A stretch of 62,898 nucleotides of DNA, counting the filler, from Bipalium vagum (lineage: Eukaryota): assembly GCA_037834085.1 (NCBI GenBank). It is 3 parts of 3 records of this genome, joined end to end, with 100 filler letters (N's around TTAATTAATTAA, not from the genome) between each part and the next. Parts side by side here need not be neighbours in the genome. Positions count along the whole stretch, not along the records: positions 1 to 16,398 come from JBBMKC010112987.1; 2 more parts are not named here. One strand, written 5' to 3'. How positions within the stretch are numbered: the stretch's first letter is position 1; each line of letters opens with the position of its first letter. The notes under the pieces are model-generated. The model worked only from the letters and a program-made list of their open reading frames with translations, ran no database searches and was not told the DNA's origin. Shown here piece by piece: positions 1 to 11,400 of this stretch. The translations under genes were made by a program, and so were the position numbers.

Positions 1-484
1 AACAGATTGTATCATTATTTTGAATTATGTTAATAGAATTCTGTGCAAAATTTTGAATTATTAAATTTTTAGAATTTCTTCCACTATAAGATACATTGTT
101 TCTTCCTTTTCCTTAAGGTATTGGTATAGTGAAAAATTCAAAAGTTACATCTTCAATATTTAATGTTTGTTCTGGTTGTAAAATTTTTTCTAATCTTGTA
201 AATAATTGATTTACTACTTCTCCTTTTATACATAAAGGAAAAAAGCCATGTCCGGAATAAATTAAAGGATGTAAAAGTGTCAGTTTAACAGTATAATAAT
301 TATTATTATTTGTAATGGTTTCTAAAATAAGATTTAAGCAATTAGAAATAGATCTTTCGGTAATATCTTTTGGAGACATTTTAAATTGATAAATTGATCC
401 TAAATGTTTTTTATAATAATGAGAATTTAAATAAGTTATTTTATTACCTTCAAAACTTAGAAATTTTAGATTATAATCATCGTG
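1..484 (-). pseudogene. Maverick/Polinton-like protein-primed DNA polymerase B, N-terminal fragment running off the left edge
   Basis: ORF 113..379 ends LFTRLEKILQPEQTLNIEDVTFEFFTIPIP. Reading past one TAA gives GKGRNNVSYSGRNSKNLIIQNFAQNSINIIQNNDNNL, resembling the Maverick pPolB N-terminal pattern 'ERVLQS...P-G-G...SII-I-N-DNLC'. The frame is open upstream to at least 484. Recalled motif, no search. Confidence 0.5.
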
Positions 485-627
485 AAATAAATAAATAAAA
501 AAGACATATTCTAAGAAAAAATTTGATTTTTTCAGTTTTAATTTTTTTGATTTTTAAAATTTTTTATTTAATTTTTTTAAAATTGTTTTTAGTAATTTTT
601 TAGTTATTTATTTAGTTTTTTTATACG

Positions 628-747
628 ACACAAAGTGTACCCTGTTTATAAACACGTTTTTGACGAACGAATGAACGTGTGTGTCGGGAGGCACGCATGC
701 GAATGAGTGAGAAAAAAATTGGAGGAAAAACAGGGTACACTTTGTGT
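628..747. repeat. Perfect 20-bp inverted repeat around an 80-bp GC-richer spacer
   Basis: acacaaagtgtaccctgttt (628-647) is the exact reverse complement of aaacagggtacactttgtgt (728-747). Confidence 0.9.
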
Positions 748-972
748 GGTAATGGCCACAGGAGCCTGTGGAGCAACATTAATCATCCATTAGTATGATC
801 GACCTCTATCTCAGGATGGAGATAGAGTTTGATTAATGGCTATTATGGAAAATAGTCGTCTCTAAGCTTAGGGATTGGTGATCGTAAACCAATCCAGTAG
901 ACTTCTCGTGGTGATCATTATATTGTGATTGTGTTTTGTCAATAAAGTTTTATTGTAGTTCATATGGTGCGG
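745..972 (+). mobile_element. Putative LTR (745-962) followed by a primer-binding-site-like motif
   Basis: Begins TGTGGT, AATAAA at 941-946, ends TTCA at 962, then 2 nt and TGGTGCGG (965-972, complementary to a tRNA 3' end CCGCACCA). No second LTR or pol gene seen. Confidence 0.4.
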
Positions 973-1289
973 ATAAAGTATTATTATGGGTGTTTTGATT
1001 CAGCAGATAAGGTTTGAGAGAAAATGAATATAACTTTTTGTAAAAGTGAGGAGTTACGAGTATAAAAGTGCACGTTACTGTATCAAGGTATAATATTAAC
1101 AATACACACATACACAGTTGACCTTGAAATGTACTTTTATAGTATATCTGACCTTGATAAAATGTACTTTTATATTGATGTTGGGTTTTATCTTTGTCTT
1201 TGCCACTACTAATCTCATTTAGAATGAGTGTTTGTTGAAGTACGATTGATATCATGTAGTTATTAGATTACCATATAATTATGATAGAA

Positions 1290-1860
1290 AGGAGAATGAA
1301 GACGTTAAACAACTTACATGCTAATGAAAAATTAAATTTTGATGCATGGTTTTTGGAGTAAATCATAATTGTAAGTCTTATTACTCACCTCTTACCAGAT
1401 CAAAACACAGATATTCCGACCACAGTCTGACTTATTTAAGTGTAAATCAAAGAGGACTTTGCTCTGAACTCTCTTTTCCAAAACGATCACCAGTTTTAAG
1501 AGAGAGCTTTATGATCCTAATCTTGGTATCCAGATTGAAGTAACTGTCTATACTGATATCCTTCTTCGTTGGGATCATCGGAAATGTGAATGAGCAAAAA
1601 AGAGAAATAAACAGAACATTGCTCAATTTTTATGAATCATCATAAATAAAAACAAAACGGGTAAATCTCCTGACCAACTTTTACAAATGGTAGAAAAAAT
1701 CTAAGAAAAAATTCTTAACGTCTTTATGTGAAATATAAAAGGAAAAGAATATCTAAGTGTCTTAAATAATACGGGGTACGACTGAAAGTATATTTTCCGA
1801 AAATGCCTATTCCAGAGTGATCATCAAGTCTGAAGAGGAGCACGCATAACTCAATCTTAC
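1290..1860 (+). mobile_element. Decayed Penelope-like retroelement 3' end (GIY-YIG endonuclease remnant plus degenerate hammerhead core)
   Basis: ORF 1346 reads VFGVNHNCKSYYSPLTRSKHRYSDH (cf. VY-I-C-C--YIGQT-R---R--EH). Near 1600-1670 it reads REINRTLLNFYESS*IKTKRVNLL (cf. LES-HI----LN). CTGAAGA with a gag/ctc stem at 1830-1852. Confidence 0.4.
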
Positions 1861-2471
1861 CATCAATCAGGTGTTTTTTAATTAATATTTCAATTCATCT
1901 TCATAGATCGTTCCTCTATATAATATATTTCATTTACTTGAAAATACATTCCTGGTTTGTTCTTCAGTAAAAAAATTGAAAAATTATAAGTAAAAACTCA
2001 AATTAATTTATAATATAAAATCGGATAATTTTCAAATATGAGCAGAAAACACTTCACATTAAACTTTCTGCAAAAATTTAATTAGTTACCATTAGGTTAT
2101 CAAAAAAATATCAATAGTTTAGAACTATATTTTAAATAAACGTATTCTCCATTTTAAGGTATAAGTGAATCAAAATTTTGATAAAAACAGATATTACATA
2201 TAATAAGTTTTAAAATCATGAATATGAATAATTAGATAATTGCTTCAAATAAATATGATCACATTATATTTAAAATTTCTCTAAACAAAGGAATACTCTG
2301 AAAATTGAAAAAATTTGATTAACTTACAAATTGAAATGAAGAATCTTTTTAGCGAACAAAATAATTTTGGCATTAGAATATCCAAGTGTTTGTTTAACTT
2401 AATGTTCTGAGGTTGATAAATTTAAAATTTATTCCTGAATGTTTATTTGATACTTATCACTTTTAATTTAT

Positions 2472-5400
2472 ATGACTATGAATAATGTAAAGCAAATATT
2501 TCAAAATAAGTTTACCAATATCGGTGGTAAATTAAAGTATATTGATGAAAATATACCTTAATTTATACATTTATTTATTTTGATTTTCAGATTAGATAAA
2601 AACGAAGATCATTTTAATAATTCTCTGCCAACATATACCGATAATCTATATCAAACTGCTAAAGTTAATAAAGAAATCTGTAATGACATCTATAAAAAGA
2701 TGGCAAACACTTGTGTCATTAATTATAATACATCTGATGATAAAAAAGCAGTAAATAAATCATATTTTATAAAATTAATTGTTTAATATAGTTTTTATTT
2801 GTTAACTTTAAACTAAATTAGAAAAAAAACCAATGGGAAACTTTGTCAGCTGTTGTCATTGATTCTGAAAAAAAAGTAACCGAGGATATATTAACAAAGT
2901 AGTTACATGAACATATGTTTTTTTTACAAAATTATTAGAGAAATATTAACAACGTCCACCAGAGTTTTAGATGAGTTGTGTCGAAATACGAAAGAGTTTG
3001 AAAAGAGCTTAAGTGTCAATGTTATAAAGTATTTTCAAGAAATATCTGAAGACAATACATTGAGTAATGTTAAAAAAGCAATTACAAGTCTAACTAAAGA
3101 TATGAAGTCAAACTCTGAACGCGTGCAAAATCTACAGGAGCAAGTAAACAATCAATCCGGAGATTCATCAAATTATAGAAAATCTATGGATATAAATAAT
3201 CTTGGTTCGACAGAAAACAAACTGGCTACTGCTCAATTAGCTGAAGAAAACAGTGAGAAAGAATTCGATAATAAAAAGGTACTTATTTTCTTGTTTTCAA
3301 TTTAAAAGAAATTTTTTACTATTTATGGTATTATATATGGATTTTCTGGTTCAGAAATGATTAGGTGTAAGAAAAAAGTCAAATGTTTGTATTAAACTCC
3401 AATATATTGTCAGGATGAATGAATGTTCAAGATGTGTTAAGACTTTCTGTATCAACTTTCAGATCTTAGGTATAATTAACTAATCAAAACTAATCTGTGA
3501 ATCAGTATTGATGCTAATTGTTTCCATGGCGATGTACCTAAAAGTATAATATTCATAAGAATTTTAGATATATTTTTGTGACGAGATTTTCCTGAATTGT
3601 TATTTTTGATCAACATATTTTACAAGGAAATCAATTTTTTACGTTCAAAATTTTTCTGTATACGATAGCTGAAATATATAATTATCAATGAAAATATATG
3701 TTATTATTTAATGTAATTTATTTTATTTTAACATTAATATCAAGAATCATTTTTATGGATATGTTTATTTATAATTTAGTTGATTTTATATTTTTCAGCG
3801 ACCTTATAATTTTTGAGTTATTTCAGTTTTCACAATAATTTTAAATTAATTTTGAAATTCTAATTTCTATTAAATTTATTATTTTGATAATAATTTTTAA
3901 TGAATATGAAATAAGACAGAATTGCTTCAAGCTAATCTTATTGTGGATATTATTGACTTTATTGTTATTTTTTCGTACGGAAATAATGATCTTTTGAATT
4001 AATTCTAGTTAAAAATCATAGCTTCTCTAGAGAATTGTTGATTAATCAGAAATTCTATTTATATTTACTTGCTTGATCGTTCTTTTGCTGACTGAATATG
4101 AGGCGTATTCCAAGCCTCATTACCTTTTTTTAAAAAAGCTCAAATTGAAATAGGGCTACATTCAAAAATCAAAATTTCCAATAATTTGTGACTTGATATT
4201 TTAATTAAATTTTAACGGAGACATTTAATGACAATTTTATGAAACAGATAATTTTACTACAATTCTTAATTGGTATAATGTTATTCAATTAACTTATTAA
4301 TATCTTAAGGTATAGACTATTTTCCTGTACTGAGTTTTTCCAATTATTTATCTTTAAATTTGAAATGTTTCTTGTTACTATTTAATAAAAATAAAATAGC
4401 TTTAATTGGATGGAATCTTTGATAATTATGGTGTATTTTTGTAAAAATTCAAGATACAGTGTTAAGTCAATAAAAATATAATCGATTTTTTATTATGTCG
4501 GTCATATTTTTATTTAAAAATGTCAAATTTCATTGGTCTGACACATCTGTTATAATTTTTCTGACTTGGCAAGAATTTCGTTTCACTGTGCTGCTTTAAT
4601 TTTACAAACAAAGGATTAGGCAAACTAAATTTTTAAAAATAATACAGTATTAGAAAAATTTTCAGACTTCATCCAGCACAGAAATGTGCAATATCAGTGT
4701 TCTGATTTACATTTATTCTATATTTTTGAATATTTATTGATTTTTTTAAATAAAAGTAATAAATTTTTAAATAATATTTACAATTTTCTGATTTCAAATA
4801 TTAGTAGATGAAATTATTTAAATTTTTGTGTTCACCAATTTACAGTTTTAGACTTACCTATAAGTACCACAATAATATACTTTTATAGTATTAATATATT
4901 CATCAAAATACAGTTTCTAATTTAAAAATTACACAGAAATATTAAGTCAAAATAATTTTATCTTTAATTTTTTATATTATAATTTTTAACTTTCCTTCAA
5001 TGATAGGTTAATTAATGTAATGTTATGGTTTTTCATCAAATCTTTTCTCATATTTTTAATTAGATTCTATTACATTAATTGATGAATTACAAATAGTTTT
5101 AAAAATAAATAATTTTTTTATATTTAATCACTACATATTTTTATTATATCGATTGTAAATTTTATTTTATATATAATCAATTTAAGGAAGGTATTTAATT
5201 TAATTAAAGTTCAATTTTTAATTCTTCAGTGTATCAACATTTTAAATTGTAACTTAAATCAGAAATTAAATAATTTCCTGATTTAAAAGAAATATATTAC
5301 CATAAGGTTATTTTAAATTTTTGACTCATTAATAATTTTCAAGAATTACCAAACAATTCTTAAATAAAAAAGGAATCAGAAAAAAATTATTAAAGAATTT

Positions 5401-8400
5401 TAGTGAAAGAAATGTTATCGATTTTTTGTAAAATATAAAATTTTATAATTTTTGAAAAAATAAAATACAAAAATGTAATAACAGAAATATATATTTCAAT
5501 TTTTAATTGTTATAGGTTATGCTCTTAAAATATTAAGGATTTGTTTATTCACAGTATTTTCTTTTAGTAAATTTTCCAATAAAATTAAAAAAATATTAAA
5601 ATATGTAAAATAAAATGTTTAAGTTTAGAAACAAAAACAAAATAAAAGACCTTTGTATTTAATTTTATTATTATTATTACTATTTTATTATTATTATTTT
5701 TAAAAAAATTTTTAATTTTCTGAAAATGGTGACTGAAATAAAAATGATTTGTTGATAAATTTCACATCAAAACTTTTAACAAGATGTAGTTAAGTAATTA
5801 TTACGCGATATTCAACAATCGAAATAATTAATTGACGAATCATTGTAATTTTCAATAGGTCACGATGCAGTTGTTGTTTGTAATCACCATTCGTTCATCA
5901 AAACTTGTTAATATTTCCATATTAAATATTGACAATAATGGTTTAATTAGTTTCAGCATTTTTTTAAAAAACTTTCTGTCAAGTTTTTGAGCTCAGAAGG
6001 AGCAATTATTTTTCTAAACTTTTTTGCACAGATTATATATCGAAATGAAAATTAGATTGGACAATAATCTTTACAAATTTGTTGCACTTTGAGGTAATCA
6101 CTTTTTTCTGTTTTTCCTCAATTTTTAAGCTATTCAAGTAGTTTTGCACATTTTAATAATATTAAATTGTGACACTTTATGTTTTATATATATATATATA
6201 TATCGTATTGTATTAGTTATTAAATTCTTCATATAATTCTTTAAACCTTTAGTTTTTATTTTAAAATTAAGATTTTGTCTGTATTCAAAAGGTATAGTTA
6301 TAATGATTTTTTTAGTTAATTGCATTAAAATATTTATTTATTATTAGTAAAAGATGTTTCATTAAGGATGACGTATTTTCTATTTTAAATATAAACTTTT
6401 TAAAATGAGAAAGTTATCTTCAGAGATAGGACTCCTTTATTGCTCAATGGTTTTGTGAATAAGCAAAATATAGGATTTAGTCAATCTCAAACCCAAAAAG
6501 GATGCAAAACATACCATTATATCCACAAAAAATAACTGTCTGGCGTGGTTTTTATGCTTGAGGCGTTATTGATTCGTAATTCTTCAATTACGCTGGAAAA
6601 CCTGTTACGGTAAATGTGAGAAAGACATCTCTTCATGTTAAGGAATATATTTTTTTGCGATTAGAAGATCTTCAGTTTGGTGGTTTCAACCAGACGGCTC
6701 TCCTAGTCAAGCAATCAAATTATTAAAATCAAAGCACGGTGAGCGTCTTATTTTAAGAAATGAACCAATTATTTGGTCGCCTCAAACGTACGATTTGACA
6801 CTCCTTGACTTTTTTCTTTGAGGATACGTCTGTACTATATAGACTCTATAGAAACAAGTCATACACTTTGGAAGTTCTCAAAATCAATATCGAACGTAAT
6901 ATCACTGGAATTTTATTTGATTTGTGTAAGAGTACTGGAAAATTGAATTCGACAAATGGACATCTGTAAACCTGCTCTAGGAGGACATATAAGTGATATT
7001 GAGTTCAACAAATAATGGTAATGTGTACTTTAGTTTAAAAGGCATTTATCAAAGACCCAAATTCGTCATCCTTAATGGAACATCATGTTTTCTTTTATTA
7101 GAATTTATTATTTGAAAATTAAATTATTAAAACGAAATCTGAATTAAATTGCCAATGAAGAAATTAGAAAACTTTAAAATTGTGATTCATTAATTTTAAA
7201 TCTCTAATTTTAAAAAATTAATACAATAATAAAAACATCAAAAATCAAAATCAATAAAATTTGATATCTTAGATTTACAAAATTATTATTATATTAGGTT
7301 TGTCGGAAAATAATGTCAAATTTTAATATTCAATCTTAACCTTAAATAAGTCAAGTGTAATTAATTTTTATTAGTCAAAATAACAACTGATAGAGTCTAC
7401 ATATGCTTGCCAACGGGAAAAAGCTTATTTGTCACAATCCCATAGAATTCCGGTGTTCGTAATTTGATAAATTGAAGCAAACCATTTCCAACAGCACCTT
7501 TATTATCGAAAATTCTTCTTTTGATAAAAGGGCCAAAATGTAGAAAAAATGGTAGCTTAGAGACCACATTCGGAGAGAATGAGGGATGAGCAAAACACGT
7601 GGGTGAGCATTATCTTGAAGAATATTTATTCTTGAAGATACACAGTGATTCATAAGTGACACATTTTGAATGCTTAATAAAGTTAATTTATGGTGTTAAA
7701 TTTGAATTACAATATAATCTCTTTTTATGCGGTAAATACGGACCAGAAAAAGTCGCACATAAAAAATCGCATAAAAAACATATTTATATACAAAATGATA
7801 GATACGGACCACCGTCCTAAAAATTTTTATCTAATGGTCCATTAGAATTTGAAAAACTTATTTTTTATAAAATGTTATTTTTAGGGTCTCAACTGTTTAT
7901 AAATACGAAATAAACAAGAAAAAAAATGAAAACAAGCCACATTTATTATTATTATTATTATTAATGCATAAAATAGTCAGTAATTAATGTCTGTGATGGC
8001 TTGGATAAATTTTTATAGAGTTCTCGATAACCTGACATACAAAATTTCAGATAACGTGTAAAAAAATCGTCGTTTAATAGAAAATGATTTTTAAATTTAC
8101 TTGTAAGTTGAAGGCCTTCGAAAATTAAATTGGCATTAAGTTGGACTGATTTTTCTTCTGATTCATTGTCTTCAAAAGAATCTTCGATAGGATCTAATTC
8201 CAAACTTTCTAAAATTTCTTTGTCAAGAATTAATAAGATCTTAAATTCAAGACCTTTCTCTTTCATATAAATTTTGACTTCAGGTACGAAGCAGTTAAAA
8301 GAGTATAATTTCATTAAAAAATAAACCGCATAACTTTAAATTCGCATAAAAAGAGAATTGAGTGTATATAATTTTTTAATGATATTTTTATAAATTAATT

Positions 8401-11400
8401 TAGGAATATTTAATATATTGAATCAATATAAGAATTTTGTTTTATTCTAGTTAAGATTATAATATCCTTTGAAGATAGAATTTTCCTCCTAAATGTTATT
8501 ATTCAAGTGGAGATAGTCCAACAATACCTTTTACAATACAATTTAAGAAGAAACGTGGTTTAATAAAGGAAAAATTTACAACTCAGAGCAATAAAAACTG
8601 GTTGATAAATTCGAAAGGACGAGCAGTGTCAATGATATGAGTAAATCATGACGATCATCTATGAAAAATGATCGCTGTGGAATTGTGGAAGAATCATAGA
8701 AACGCAGTGTATCAGAACTTGGAGGAAAAATCTCAATTTTTGTTGTCTCCATGATTTCTTCGTAATATAAGTTAATAATTGTTTGGACCCCCACATAAAT
8801 TTGAAGTATACGACCATATAGTTAGCATGACCTTCTTTTGATCAACTTTTGGTTTTGGCAAGTGTTTTCAAGCTTGTCAATCCAACCATTGTGATTAGCT
8901 CTTGGGTTTATCATAGAACCAATTTTTCGTCGCATGTCACAATGCGCTCCAGAAAAGGATTGCTGATATTCCACAAAAGAAGTGATCAGGGCACTTCAAA
9001 ACGACTATTTTTTGCTTATCGTTTTAATCAAGAAGCAATCATTTGTGAAGCTTCCGTGCCTTGTTCTGTTCATTTAGGTGATCCAGAACTCTTGAGTGAC
9101 TAATGTGGAACTGTTCTCGGATCTCGACTTATATGACTTATAATTGATGTAATTAATGTAATGTTAAAATTTTTTAAATATTAAGTTTTAACGAATTGAT
9201 TCTATTCTTTTATTATTACTTATAATGTCAAAATTTATAAGTAATCATTATTTCAGATAATAATTATTTTTTTTATGAATTTTTTTATGTACACGTCAAC
9301 ATTATTGTTATTTATTAGGACTTATTCCTATCTAAATTATTTTGTTCTGATGCCGAAAGATTAACCACTGCCAATAAAATGCTGGACTTTTTTAAAGAGC
9401 ATCTAGAGTACTACATTGAATGTAAAAATATATTGTCTAAATGCATTCCGGAGCTCCAAGCCGTAATAGGTAAGATAAGAATTAATAAAAATGTTTTTTA
9501 AAAATTTTTTTAATTCTGAAATTTTTTTTGAAAACAATCTCTGGAAATTATTTTTATTATTTTTTACTTAAGTTATTATGGATTTCTTTCAAAAGGAAAA
9601 TTAAACTTAAGAATAAATTTTCAATATTCGACTTTTCCGCTGTTTTTTTATTATATATAATATCATGATGATATAATATCATTGATGATATAATGGTCCT
9701 TGAAACAAAGCCACATCAAATGCAAAACAGTAAATATTATATTATAAAAAACCATTAATTGCTATTTTCTTGTTAAATTTTCTTCAAACTACAAGAGTCT
9801 TAATTATTATGAAAAAGTCTTTACAATTATTAAATTATTACAATAATTAAAAATCCACCAGGTTTGACTAGCATCCTTATAATAACGAATCAAATTTATG
9901 AATGGCCGGAGAAAGTATAATGTTTAATTTGACTGACACAAAGTGTAAATGGGAGGACATGATGGATCGCTGTATTCAGACTCAGGGTGATTACTTTTAA
10001 AGATTTTGTAAAAAAAATTTCAATGAAGTTGTTGTTTTCATTTTGATGCTAAAATTAGTCTTCTGTACTACTCTACAAATGTTTTACTAATTTGATTAAT
10101 AAAAAATATTTTATGGATTTTTTACATATCACCAGTTTTTAAATTGAAAGTTCCAAATATTTTTTCAAATCAAACCAATTCTTTGTTGATTAAATTAAAG
10201 AAAGGACATTATTGAGCGTCCTTATCCTTTGTGGATGACCGTTTTAAAATTATATTTTTGATTAGATAATGGTAGAAAGAATTATGTTTTCCATTTACCA
10301 TTGGAAGAACATATATCATCAACAAATAGAAAATTATCGTATGTTCTGGAAACTTGTATCCAAGAACTGGACAATGAAGACACTCTACAAGAAGAAGTAA
10401 ATTAATATAAATATTTTGATTAATTTTTGATTGAATAACATTAGTTGTAATTGATAATAGTGTTTTCTAATTTTAATTTTTAAAACAATAGGTAGTTGAT
10501 ATGTATTAATGTTCTCTTATGAATAGAGTTGATTTGAATATTCCTAGGGACTATTTCGTATTTCTGGAAGTAAAAACAAAGTGGATTTGTTAAAAGTAAG
10601 ATTAGGTATATTTTCTTTTATCTTGATTTAATTTATATTGTAATAATATTTATTATTAATTAATAATTTAAATTTAAATTATTAATTGATTTTCATTTAA
10701 AAATAATATTAATGTGTTGTTATATACAATACCGTCGGAAAGTATTTGTACACCATTTAAGTATAACTTTGAACTCTAACAACTCTTACAAAAAAGCAAT
10801 AAAAGTTAAGATTTTTTCAACATATATTTATTGATAATTACCAAACATAGTAACATAAGAAAAATTTTAAATAACTAATTAAGCATTAAACCGAAGCTTC
10901 ATTTATGTAACCTTGTTTTTCAATGATCATCTGGCATAGCCTTGGCATCCTTTCTAATAAATTTCTTGGTTTAATTTTTACCCATTCCTTCTGGAGTTTC
11001 TGCCACAGATCCTTCTGTGTATTTGTGCAGGTTTTTCTAAAACTTCGGTCCAATTCATTCCATAGTAACTCTATGGGATTAAGGTCAGGTGATTGATGGG
11101 GCCAGATCATTATTTTTATATTTTTCTTTTCCATCTTTTTCAAATAATCCTGACATAGCTTGGCTTTATGTTTGGGATCATTGTCCTGTTGAAAAGTAAA
11201 ATTATTGCCGATAATTCATAGTCCAGAAGGAATGGTGTTACTTCGTAGTATATTTTTATAGCCTTCTTTGAATAGTTTCCCATCAATTTTGATTAGATCT
11301 TCTAATGATGGACCACCAAAACAATCCAAAATCATAACAGATCCTCCTCCGTGCTTCATAGTTGGGATTATGCATTGATCTAAGAAAGTCTCACCAGTAG

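Noticed and set aside
113-115. Alternative genetic code (TAA read as sense), suggested by in-frame TAA in the pPolB fragment and near 29270
   Set aside because: The intact RhoGAP and PDE4 exons contain no in-frame stops; point mutation in dead sequence explains it.
950-1255. 101-aa minus-strand ORF with repeated YKSTF
   Set aside because: The repeat comes from a DNA micro-duplication and there is no protein-family signal.
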